Shown: positions 36,243 to 44,713 of the stretch, one piece after another
How positions within the stretch are numbered: position 1 is the stretch's first letter
How the letters are laid out: each line of letters begins with the position of its first letter
Assembly: GCA_964607645.1 (NCBI GenBank)
Contig: CAZSLN010000001.1
Span: forward strand, 70,577 to 134,576
Length of the DNA stretch: 64,000 nt
Source of the DNA: an uncultured Anaerolinea sp.
GTDB lineage: Bacteria; Chloroflexota; Anaerolineae; Anaerolineales; Villigracilaceae
Direction: 5' to 3'
Notes under the pieces: generated by a model
Database searches by the model: none
What the model was told of the DNA's origin: nothing
Seen by the model: only the letters and a program-made list of their open reading frames with translations
Position numbers and translations under genes: made by a program

Positions 36243-37913
36243 ATGACCATCATCGTTCAACCACGATCATTTTTTCTTTTTGGAATTGCCATCTTCGCTC
36301 TGATCACCGCGATTCTTGCCTGGAACCGCCGTGGCTCACGCGGGGGGATCAGCTTGATGTTTACCCTTCTCCTTGTTACTGGGTGGTGCGCTTTTAGCGC
36401 GATCGACAGCTCTGCTGATGTGTTTGAACAAAAAATCTTCTTTGCCAAAGTTGCCACTACTTGTATCTTATTTGTACCTACATTTATGTTGATCGCTGTT
36501 CAGGAAATACTCACCGACTCTGAAGTAGCCAAAACGCATTTAGTTACATATATGGTTTTCCCAATCTTGATAACCATTATCGTTTGGACAAATGATCTTC
36601 ACTTGCTCTATTGGGCAGGATACAAGGTAACAAACCCAGATCTTAACCTCATAACTTTCGAGCACTCCATTTTTTACTGGATCAATATTCTGTACCAATT
36701 TGGCATTCTTGCCCATACAACTTTTATGCTGGTAATGGCCACCAAGGATAAAAAAAGTAGGACAAAAGCTTATTTGTTACTTTGCGGCGTAATGGCCCCC
36801 TGGCTAACAACAACCTTATATTTACTTGGGTTAACTTTCATTCCCAATCTTGATATCTCGCCTTTTGGTTTTCTAATCACAGCACCCGTTTTTCTCGTTG
36901 GCATAAATCAATTCGACTTGCTTGAGATCGGGGCTGCCGGGAGAATAACCTACACAGATAGTACAAAAGACGCAATCATCATTCTTAACAACCAAGAGAA
37001 TATTGTTGACGCAAATCGATCCGCAAAAAAATATTTTGGGGTAACAAAAGGGGCGAATATCAATGACTATCCTCAGATCGCAACCGCGATAAGTAATAAA
37101 CAAACCGATTCGAGCAATACCTATTTTTCGAATAACATCGAGGTCGCGCTTGATTCTGATTGGCTTACACTTAATCTGACCATAGAGAATACGCTTGGCA
37201 AGGATGGATCTGTCCTTGGCAAAGTCATGATCTTTCGCGATATCTCATATGCCATCACATTGGCGAAAGGTCTACACGAGGCTGAAATATTAGCGATCCA
37301 GGAAAACGAACAAAAAAGACTCGGTAAAGAGATCCACGATCGCATTTCACAAGGTCTGTATTCATTGTCACTTTTCAGTGCTACCGCAAAAAACCATGCT
37401 CTACGGGGCAATTATGTCGCCGTGATGGAGGTAATCGACGACATCAACGGTATGGCTCAGCAAGTAATCAAGGAAACGAATTTGTTGTTTTACGAGTTGG
37501 AGCCAGAGTCTTTTTTTAAGATCGGGATTGTTAAGGCACTAACGGAACAGGCAGAAGTAATTGCAAACCGTTATGACGTCAGGATCAAGTATCACTTCAA
37601 TTTCACAAATACGATTCCGTTAGAATTTCAAAAAAATCTTTACAATATCATTTCTGAGATCAATAATCATGTTCTAAATTTATCTAGACCAGACGAAATA
37701 ATTATCTCGCTGACAGACGTCTCAGACCACTTTAAAATTGAAGTTGCAATTTTAGACAACAAAATGATAAAATCAGTATTAACACAAAACCACATCGATA
37801 AATTTGATAACTTAATAGACAAATTTCATAAGCTTGACGCACGCTTTGAAATCATCGACGCAACCCCTGGTAAAAAATTTATCATTGTTGAGTTACCCAT
37901 TTTATATTTATGA
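36243..37913 (+). CDS. sensor histidine kinase: N-terminal 7TM domain, PAS-like region, HisKA_3 dimerisation domain, atypical ATPase domain
   Basis: 556-aa ORF. About seven N-terminal hydrophobic helices. H-box EIHDRISQGLYSL (NarX/DesK type). The C-terminal region aligns to HATPase_c only loosely (see findings). Confidence 0.75.
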   Translation: MTIIVQPRSFFLFGIAIFALITAILAWNRRGSRGGISLMFTLLLVTGWCAFSAIDSSADVFEQKIFFAKVATTCILFVPTFMLIAVQEILTDSEVAKTHLVTYMVFPILITIIVWTNDLHLLYWAGYKVTNPDLNLITFEHSIFYWINILYQFGILAHTTFMLVMATKDKKSRTKAYLLLCGVMAPWLTTTLYLLGLTFIPNLDISPFGFLITAPVFLVGINQFDLLEIGAAGRITYTDSTKDAIIILNNQENIVDANRSAKKYFGVTKGANINDYPQIATAISNKQTDSSNTYFSNNIEVALDSDWLTLNLTIENTLGKDGSVLGKVMIFRDISYAITLAKGLHEAEILAIQENEQKRLGKEIHDRISQGLYSLSLFSATAKNHALRGNYVAVMEVIDDINGMAQQVIKETNLLFYELEPESFFKIGIVKALTEQAEVIANRYDVRIKYHFNFTNTIPLEFQKNLYNIISEINNHVLNLSRPDEIIISLTDVSDHFKIEVAILDNKMIKSVLTQNHIDKFDNLIDKFHKLDARFEIIDATPGKKFIIVELPILYL

Positions 37914-37922
37914 GAGAAGGCT

Positions 37923-38552
37923 ATGACAACTAAAGTTTTTATTTGCGACGACCATGATATTTTGCGAAAAGGTCTTCGCTCATTACTTCAGACCGTACAG
38001 GATCTTGAAGTAGTTGGAGAAGCGGCAGATGGGGAAACTGCAGTCGAAATGATCAAAGAATTAGAACCAGATGTGATCTTGATGGATCTGCTTATGCCTG
38101 GCATTGGGGGTGTTGAGGCTATCAGACAAATTAAGAAATTGAATCAAGAGTCACACATTTTGGTTTTGTCGAGCTCGCATGAGGATGAACTGGTCGTCTC
38201 ATCTATTCGTGCTGGCGCCATTGGATATCTGGTTAAAACATCTTCACCAGATGATTTAATCGATGGTATTAGACGTGTAGCGAACGGCCAATCCGTCTTA
38301 CCACCCGATATTTCTAATAAACTTCTATCCGCTATGCAGGATCCGAGGATCCCTAGCATAACACTGACTCACCGCGAGATCGATGTACTAAAGTTGATCG
38401 GCGAAGGGTTATCAAATCGTGATATCTCACAGGTTCTTGAGATTTCCGAAAATACGGTTATTAGCCATGTTGGAAGAATTTTAAACAAGTTAGAACTCGA
38501 TAACCGAACGCAAGCCGCGTTATACGCGCGAAAACAAGGTTTGGTTCGATAA
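37923..38552 (+). CDS. NarL/LuxR-family response regulator
   Basis: 209-aa ORF. Receiver motifs ICDDHD and VILMDLLMPG. LuxR HTH LTHREIDVLKLIGEGLSNRDISQVLEISENTVISHV. Confidence 0.9.
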   Translation: MTTKVFICDDHDILRKGLRSLLQTVQDLEVVGEAADGETAVEMIKELEPDVILMDLLMPGIGGVEAIRQIKKLNQESHILVLSSSHEDELVVSSIRAGAIGYLVKTSSPDDLIDGIRRVANGQSVLPPDISNKLLSAMQDPRIPSITLTHREIDVLKLIGEGLSNRDISQVLEISENTVISHVGRILNKLELDNRTQAALYARKQGLVR

Positions 38553-38571
38553 TTTGCATTTTTTTAGAATT

Positions 38572-38608
38572 AGCGTTCTGTTCAGATCATGAACAGAACG
38601 CTTTTTTT
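38572..38608 (+). terminator. rho-independent terminator
   Basis: agcgttctgttca (38572-38584) pairs with tgaacagaacgct (38590-38602), followed by TTTTTTT. Confidence 0.85.
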
Positions 38609-38709
38609 ATTCCTTGAATTTGCGTGATGTAACCGCAAATTGGTGATAACGACGTACCGCCTTGATGGTATTATCATTGAAAAATAGACCACCTAAAGCG
38701 AGGTAATTT

Positions 38710-39918
38710 ATGGAAGACGCTGTAATTGTTGATGCCATCCGTTCCCCGATCGGTTCCCTTGGAGGAAGTCTGGCGAAAGTGCGGCCTGATGATCTGGCTG
38801 CCTTCATCCTAAGAAAATTAATTGAACGCAACCAATTTGACCCAAACGAGACCGATGAGGTCATCTTGGGATGCGCCAATCAGGCAGGGGAAGATAACCG
38901 CAATGTAGCGCGTATGGCTTTATTGCTTGCTGGCATTCCCTATATTGTGCCAGGGCTTACGGTCAATCGATTGTGCGCTTCTGGTTTGGCCGCCATCAAT
39001 ATCGCTGCCCGCGCCATTCGTGCCGGAGATGGTGATATCTTCTTGGCAGGGGGTGTTGAATCGATGTCTCGCGCGCCGTACTCCTTCCCCAAGGCCGATA
39101 GCGCTTTTGCTTTTGGAAATTTGGTAGCCTATGACACCGCGCTCGGTTGGCGATACCCCAACCCTGTGATGAAAGAAATGTATAAGACAGAAAGTATGGG
39201 CGAAACCGCTGAAAATATCGCGGACCTAAAACCACACATTACCCGCGAAAAGCAAGATGAATTTGCCGCCAACTCACACCAAAAAGCGATCAAAGCAATT
39301 GACGCTGGCACCTTCACCGAAGAGATCATACCGATCGAGATTCCGCAAAAAAAGGGGGACCCTACGATAGTAAGCATCGATGAGCGACCCCGCCGCGATA
39401 CCAATGCTGCCAGTTTATCAAAATTAAAACCAGCGTTTCGGGCAGAAGGCGGTACAGTTACCGCTGGTAACTCATCTGGATTAAATGATGGCGCTTCAGC
39501 TGTTTTGATCATGTCAGAGAAAAAAGCGAGACAACTAAATCTCAAGCCACTTGCCCGGATTGTTTCTATGAGCTCCGCGGGAGTATTACCGGGCACAATG
39601 GGTTTGGGACCCGTACCGGCAACCCACAAAGCGCTTTCCAGAGCAGGATTAAAGATCACTGATATTAACCTGGTGGAACTGAACGAAGCATTTGCCATCC
39701 AATCTCTGGCGGTTATGGAAGACCTAAATCTGGATGTAAATATCGTCAATGTGAATGGCGGTGCCATTGCTCTTGGTCATCCGTTGGGATGCTCTGGGTC
39801 ACGCATTCTCACTACTCTTTTGCATGAGATGCGAAGGCGAAGTGGAGCAAGATACGGTTTAGCGACCCTTTGTGTTGGGGTTGGCCAAGGCGAAGCAACC
39901 ATTATTGAAAAGCTATAA
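38710..39918 (+). CDS. acetyl-CoA C-acetyltransferase (thiolase II)
   Basis: 402-aa ORF. Nucleophile Cys in [10 protein letters not shown]-terminal [17 protein letters not shown] and CVGVGQG. Confidence 0.9.
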   Translation: MEDAVIVDAIRSPIGSLGGSLAKVRPDDLAAFILRKLIERNQFDPNETDEVILGCANQAGEDNRNVARMALLLAGIPYIVPGLTVNRLCASGLAAINIAARAIRAGDGDIFLAGGVESMSRAPYSFPKADSAFAFGNLVAYDTALGWRYPNPVMKEMYKTESMGETAENIADLKPHITREKQDEFAANSHQKAIKAIDAGTFTEEIIPIEIPQKKGDPTIVSIDERPRRDTNAASLSKLKPAFRAEGGTVTAGNSSGLNDGASAVLIMSEKKARQLNLKPLARIVSMSSAGVLPGTMGLGPVPATHKALSRAGLKITDINLVELNEAFAIQSLAVMEDLNLDVNIVNVNGGAIALGHPLGCSGSRILTTLLHEMRRRSGARYGLATLCVGVGQGEATIIEKL

Positions 39919-40031
39919 AAAAAACGAACCTATCTTAAAATGGCCTAGCCCCGAGCTAAGCCATTTTCTTTTTAATTGGGTTGTTGATGTATCATAATAG
40001 AAAAGGTCACCTTTATAACAGAGAGATCAAA

Positions 40032-41318
40032 ATGAAACAAATCAAACAAATCATCATTTTTGGAATATTGTTTTTCTTGGTAAGCTGCGCAATCCCTCAG
40101 CCCATCCAGACCAGCGAATCCACACCGAACGGGTCGGCTATATCCGGTGTTGCTACGGAAAAAGCCACCCTTCCATCTAAAATAATCGCCCCAACCGATG
40201 CGCAAGCAGTAATTACAGCAGTTGCGCAGATTACCGGGCAAGAAATAAACATCAACAAGCTAACTATGGTAAACACTCTTGATGGCTGGGCCTGGGCGGC
40301 AAACACCACTAATTCAACTATCCTAGTTCGCACATCGGATGGAGCTAACACATGGATGGACGTTTCACCTCCAGATGAGTACCGCATCACGAATTCGAGC
40401 TTTATCGGCAGCCAAAATGCCTGGCTAACGGTTCTTGACCTAAAAGAAAATTGGGGAGTTTTGTCTACTTCAGATGGAGGCGCAAGCTGGAATTTGCTTC
40501 CATCATTCGACCCGATCAAGGGGGCAAATGTTACTTTCCTTAACGAAAAGGTCGGTTTCGCTGAAATAGCCGATATCGGCGCGGGTAACGCGTATATCCG
40601 GCAATATGAGACCGCTGATGGCGGCCAAACTTGGTCTCTCTTACCTTTGATCTCACCCGACTCAGGAGCTAATTTGTCGGAAGGCACCATACACCTTTGC
40701 AACATCTGCGGAGATGTGCTTTACACGGATATGGAACGGGCAATGATCATAAAAGGTGAGATGGCGAACGAACCTAGCGGCATAGTAAATATTGCTTATT
40801 CTAGTGACCGTGGTTTCAATTGGAGCAATAGTAGTGTTTCACTACCTGAAGAGTATAAAAACGGAAATATTGCCCCTTTTATGCCCAAATTTGATGGCTC
40901 TCAAGGGGTTCTGCCAATCAACGTCACAAAATCCAAAGATGACGGCTCTCTTGAATTTAGCATGCTATTTATTTACCAAACCACTGATAATGGTTCTACA
41001 TGGCAATTACAGGATAGCCGGCTAAACGTTGGCGCGGTATACCTTGAAACACCACAATATGCCTCATCCAAGGATATTTTTGTTCGATGCGCTGATGGAC
41101 TGTGCTATACCAATGACGCGGGGGCAACCTTTGTCGTGAACCCCTCCTCACTCCATTTTGGGTTCAACGCACCGCAAGCGGATTACGTTTCCAGTTTCCA
41201 ATTTGTTACCAGCCAGAATGGCTTTGCGGTCGTTGGCGCTGAAACCGCGTCTCAAGTCTGGGTTACCAATGATTTTGGGGTTCAGTGGTCAAGGTTGCAG
41301 CCGAGGCTGCTCCCATAA
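40032..41318 (+). CDS. lipoprotein with BNR/Asp-box beta-propeller repeats (Ycf48/sortilin-like)
   Basis: Start chosen at MKQIKQIIIFGILFFLVSCA (lipobox). Repeated Asp-box-like motifs: TSDGANTW, TSDGGASW, TADGGQTW, SSDRGFNW, TTDNGSTW, TNDAGATF, TNDFGVQW. Confidence 0.7.
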   Translation: MKQIKQIIIFGILFFLVSCAIPQPIQTSESTPNGSAISGVATEKATLPSKIIAPTDAQAVITAVAQITGQEININKLTMVNTLDGWAWAANTTNSTILVRTSDGANTWMDVSPPDEYRITNSSFIGSQNAWLTVLDLKENWGVLSTSDGGASWNLLPSFDPIKGANVTFLNEKVGFAEIADIGAGNAYIRQYETADGGQTWSLLPLISPDSGANLSEGTIHLCNICGDVLYTDMERAMIIKGEMANEPSGIVNIAYSSDRGFNWSNSSVSLPEEYKNGNIAPFMPKFDGSQGVLPINVTKSKDDGSLEFSMLFIYQTTDNGSTWQLQDSRLNVGAVYLETPQYASSKDIFVRCADGLCYTNDAGATFVVNPSSLHFGFNAPQADYVSSFQFVTSQNGFAVVGAETASQVWVTNDFGVQWSRLQPRLLP

Positions 41319-41356
41319 CCACGCCTTCCTCGCAATTCAAGTAGAATTCCTTACCT

Positions 41357-42007
41357 ATGGCAAAAACATCCAAAGTTTATGTGGTCTGGAAAGGCCGAAC
41401 TCCCGGAATTTATGATAACTGGCCCGAATGTTTAGAGCAGGTAGATAGATTTGTTGGCGCGCAATATAAAAGCTTTGCTACACTATCCGAAGCGAAGAAA
41501 GCCTTTGTTTCTGGGCCTAGCTATGTTGCCACTAAAAGCAGACAGACATTCGGCGACCCTGTTTCTAAAACAGGAAAAACGATTGTTCGCAGGAAATCGG
41601 CTCCAATCTCGCCGGCTTTGGCGGTAGACGCGGCTTGTAGCGGCGTGCCTGGTCCTGTTGAATGGCAGGGGGTCATTTTTGGTAAAGGAAAACTTGCTTT
41701 CAAATCCACTTTATACCCCGATGGAACCAACAATATAGGCGAATTTTTAGCGATCGTCGATGGTATCCGCTGGCTGATCAAAGAAAAAAGTGATCTGCCA
41801 ATTTATAGCGATTCTAAAAACGCGATTCTATGGATAAAAAATAAAAAGTGCAAAACAACTATGAAGCGTACCGCGAAGAATGTCAGCCTTTTCAAATTGA
41901 TCGACGAAGCCGAAGTATTTTTAACAACGACGAAACATACCTTCGCTCTTCATAAATGGGAAACCGAAGCTTGGGGTGAAAACCCAGCTGACTTTGGCAG
42001 AAAATGA
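41357..42007 (+). CDS. rnhA: ribonuclease H with N-terminal hybrid-binding (RNase H1 N-terminal/caulimovirus-type) domain
   Basis: 216-aa ORF. KVYVVWKGRTPGIYDNWPECLEQV...YKSFATLSEAKKAF is the HBD pattern. Catalytic-core segments AVDAACSG, NNIGEFLAI, IYSDSK, and the C-terminal WGENPADFGRK, as in Bacillus halodurans-type RNase H. Confidence 0.85.
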   Translation: MAKTSKVYVVWKGRTPGIYDNWPECLEQVDRFVGAQYKSFATLSEAKKAFVSGPSYVATKSRQTFGDPVSKTGKTIVRRKSAPISPALAVDAACSGVPGPVEWQGVIFGKGKLAFKSTLYPDGTNNIGEFLAIVDGIRWLIKEKSDLPIYSDSKNAILWIKNKKCKTTMKRTAKNVSLFKLIDEAEVFLTTTKHTFALHKWETEAWGENPADFGRK

Positions 42008-42528
42008 TCCCAACCTCTTTGGTGCTTCTTGATTTTCAAAATGATTTTTTCCCGAACGGAGGGTACGAAATCTCCGGTTCTTTTCTCGCGGCAAAAAAAG
42101 CTCACGCCATCTTACAGTGTTTTCGTGATCATGGTGGTCATACCATTCACGTTCAGCACGAGAACCGTTCGAACGGCCTAAGCTTCTGCGTTCCAGGAAC
42201 AGATGGAATTCGCATCCATGACTTAGTGGCACATTACGAAGGGGAACCAATCGCTTATAAAAACTCGCCTAATTCCTTCGAAAGCAGCGAGCTCGATACC
42301 CTCCTAAGATCAGCGCGAACATCTAGGGTCCTCCTTTGCGGCATACAGCACGAGATGACCATCACGCAAACAACCAAAGCAGCGTTATCCCTTGGGTTCC
42401 AAGTTGTCCTAATTCAGGATGCCTGCGCTGGGATGGAGGACAGCCTATTGGGAGAATTAAAGCAATTCTGTACAGTTCAAAATACAGAAAAAATCCTTCT
42501 TTCGCTATCGATGGAAAGAGGTTACTGA
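42004..42528 (+). CDS. isochorismatase-family (cysteine hydrolase superfamily) protein
   Basis: 174-aa ORF. LVLLDFQNDFF N-terminal strand, AYKNSPNSF, LLCGIQHEMTITQT. The start overlaps the rnhA stop (ATGA). Confidence 0.75.
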   Translation: MIPTSLVLLDFQNDFFPNGGYEISGSFLAAKKAHAILQCFRDHGGHTIHVQHENRSNGLSFCVPGTDGIRIHDLVAHYEGEPIAYKNSPNSFESSELDTLLRSARTSRVLLCGIQHEMTITQTTKAALSLGFQVVLIQDACAGMEDSLLGELKQFCTVQNTEKILLSLSMERGY

Positions 42529-42560
42529 TACACCTTCCCGCTTTTTGATCCTTTCTGAAC

Positions 42561-42588
42561 TTGACAACCTTGGCTCAAAGCGTATAAT
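42561..42588 (+). promoter_or_regulatory. sigma-70-type promoter of the serS leader
   Basis: TTGACA (42561-42566), 16-bp spacer, TATAAT (42583-42588). Both hexamers match consensus exactly. Confidence 0.7.
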
Positions 42589-42595
42589 CCCAATT

Positions 42596-42850
42596 AATAG
42601 ATAAATTTACCCAAAGCAAAGTACCCTAAAGGTCTATCCAGAGAGGCATCGGTTGGTGAGAGATGCTAGGCTAGAAGGGGAAGTCCACTTTGGTGGTCAT
42701 TTTGGCCAATTGCTCTCGGAGGGATCCTTAGGATCGTAAGAGAGACGGGGCGAGCCCGTTACAGCGAAAAGAGATTCTATTCCATTAAATAGATAACGCA
42801 GGTGGTACCACGAGCCGCCCCTCGTCCTGCAATGAGGGGCGGTATTTTAA
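42596..42850 (+). promoter_or_regulatory. T-box leader (tRNA-sensing riboswitch), probable Ser specifier UCC, with terminator
   Basis: AGAGA box (42640-42644). GGUGAGA-type distal-loop sequence. GAAG-UCC-A specifier candidate (tcc at 42684-42686). F-box CCGTTA (42756-42761). T-box core AGGTGGTACCACG (42800-42812). Terminator gccgcccctc/gaggggcgg (42815-42842) followed by TATTTTA, just upstream of serS. Confidence 0.85.
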
Positions 42851-42870
42851 TTAATTCAAGGAGGTACTAA

Positions 42871-44142
42871 ATGCTCGATATCAATTTGATCCGTGAAAAC
42901 CCTGAGGTTGTAAGAAAAAGCTTGCGGGATAGACAATCTGACCCCGCGCCTGTGGATGAGATATTAGTATTGGATGTAAAACGGAGAGAGCTTCTCGTTG
43001 AGGTTGAAACCTTGAAGGCTGAAAAGAACGTTGTTTCAAAAGAGATCAGCCAGATGAAAGACCCCGAACAGCGCAAAGAAAAAGTAGATGCTATGCGGCT
43101 TGTTGGGGATAAGATCAGCGAATTGGACAAGGTGTTGGCCGAAATCGACATCCGCCTAAAAGCCCTCACGTCGATCCTTCCAAACATCCCCGACCCACGA
43201 ACCCCCTACGGTAAGGATGATTCCGAGAACATCGTCATTAAAACAGTTGGCGAGCAAAAGTCCTTCGATTTTGAGCCAAAACCACACTGGGAGCTTGGAC
43301 CTAACCTTGGAATTATCGATTTTGAACGCGGTACCAAGTTGACAGGCTCACGCTTTTACGTGCTGAGCGGTGATGGCGCGCGCTTGCAGCGAGCCGTGAT
43401 CGCTTATATGCTCGATCTACACACCCGCATTCAGGGTTACCGCGAACAGTATTTACCCTTTATGGTAAAAAGCGAAACCGTTTATGGCGCCGGACAATTA
43501 CCCAAATTCGCCGATAACCTGTACAAAGACCACGAAGAGGACTTGTACTTCGTCCCGACCGCCGAGATACCACTAACCGGCCTTCATATGGATGAGGTAT
43601 TGGAAGAAGCCAGCTTGCCAAGAATGTATACCGCCTACACACCCTGCTTTCGGCGTGAAAAAATGAGCGCCGGCAGGGATGTGCGTGGCATCAAGCGCGG
43701 CCATCAGTTCGACAAAGTCGAGATGTATATTTACAGCAAACCAGAAGAATCAGAAGTCTTGCTTCAAAAAATGCTTTCCGACGCTGAAGCTACTTGTGTC
43801 GGTCTCGGTCTCACTTATCGCGTAAAACAGCTATGCACCGGTGATATAGGTTTTGGCGCTACCATGACATACGACCTTGAAGTTTGGGCGCCTGGCTGCG
43901 ATGAATGGTTGGAAGTGTCCTCCGTATCAAATGACACCGATTTCCAATCACGGCGCGCCAATATCAAATACCGTCCTACAGAAGGCGGGAAACCAAGATT
44001 ACTGCACACCCTCAATGGCTCGGGGTTAGGTCTACCCAGAACGATGATCGCGGTGATGGAAAACTACCAACAAGCCGATGGATCCATACTCATACCTCAG
44101 GCCTTAAAACCCTGGATGGGCGGGGTCGACGTAATTCGATAA
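42871..44142 (+). CDS. serS: seryl-tRNA synthetase
   Basis: 423-aa ORF. N-terminal coiled-coil arm (MLDINLIRENPE...), class II motifs (CFRREKMSAGRD, GSGLGLPRTM). AGGAGG RBS upstream. Confidence 0.95.
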   Translation: MLDINLIRENPEVVRKSLRDRQSDPAPVDEILVLDVKRRELLVEVETLKAEKNVVSKEISQMKDPEQRKEKVDAMRLVGDKISELDKVLAEIDIRLKALTSILPNIPDPRTPYGKDDSENIVIKTVGEQKSFDFEPKPHWELGPNLGIIDFERGTKLTGSRFYVLSGDGARLQRAVIAYMLDLHTRIQGYREQYLPFMVKSETVYGAGQLPKFADNLYKDHEEDLYFVPTAEIPLTGLHMDEVLEEASLPRMYTAYTPCFRREKMSAGRDVRGIKRGHQFDKVEMYIYSKPEESEVLLQKMLSDAEATCVGLGLTYRVKQLCTGDIGFGATMTYDLEVWAPGCDEWLEVSSVSNDTDFQSRRANIKYRPTEGGKPRLLHTLNGSGLGLPRTMIAVMENYQQADGSILIPQALKPWMGGVDVIR

Positions 44143-44156
44143 TTAACCCCAAAAAC

Positions 44157-44189
44157 GATCTGCTGTATGCCTTAAACCTACAGCAGATC
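44157..44189 (+). terminator. stem-loop after serS (no U-tract)
   Basis: gatctgctgta (44157-44167) pairs perfectly with tacagcagatc (44179-44189). No T-run follows, so it may only be an mRNA-stabilising hairpin. Confidence 0.4.
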
Positions 44190-44197
44190 GGCCTACA

Positions 44198-44707
44198 ATG
44201 AATGCGGGAGCATTTTTTATGATCAATTTTCTTTTTCTACTTTTGTTCCTCATTTGTTTATTTGGCTTGGTCATCCCCATTTTTCCTGGCCTCCAATTGA
44301 TGTGGGGTGGAATGCTCATCAGACTGATCCTTGAAGTGGTGTTTTTAAAAGGTCAATTCAACTGGGTTCTCTTCACCATCATCACCATCTTGATGGTCAT
44401 AGGCACCGTTGTTGATAATGTTATTCTGACCATAAAACTTCGCAAAGCGGAAACACCCTGGTTCTCGATTTTAGGTAGTTATTTGGTTGGGTTTATAAGC
44501 GGGGTTTTTCTAACACCATTGATCGCCCTGATAACCACACCTTTAGCGTTATTAATGTTTGAAACAATTCGCCTAAAAGAAATAAAAACAGCCATGGTCT
44601 CGGTTCGAGAATGGCTGTTTAGTGTTGGTTGGATTTTTGTAATTCGATTTGGAATTGGGATCTTGATGATCTCAGCTTGGGGTATCGCAATTTTGATCGT
44701 TAACTAA
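44198..44707 (+). CDS. DUF456-family small membrane protein
   Basis: 169-aa ORF with four hydrophobic helices and an IPIFPGLQLMW segment typical of DUF456. Confidence 0.65.
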   Translation: MNAGAFFMINFLFLLLFLICLFGLVIPIFPGLQLMWGGMLIRLILEVVFLKGQFNWVLFTIITILMVIGTVVDNVILTIKLRKAETPWFSILGSYLVGFISGVFLTPLIALITTPLALLMFETIRLKEIKTAMVSVREWLFSVGWIFVIRFGIGILMISAWGIAILIVN

Positions 44708-44713
44708 AAAAGC

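Noticed and set aside
39129-39767. 212-aa antisense ORF inside the first thiolase gene.
   Set aside because: The sense strand is an unmistakable thiolase. The antisense translation has no recognisable features.
40097-40705. 202-aa antisense ORF inside the BNR-repeat lipoprotein gene.
   Set aside because: The sense strand shows periodic Asp-box repeats and a lipobox. The antisense ORF lacks an RBS and motifs.
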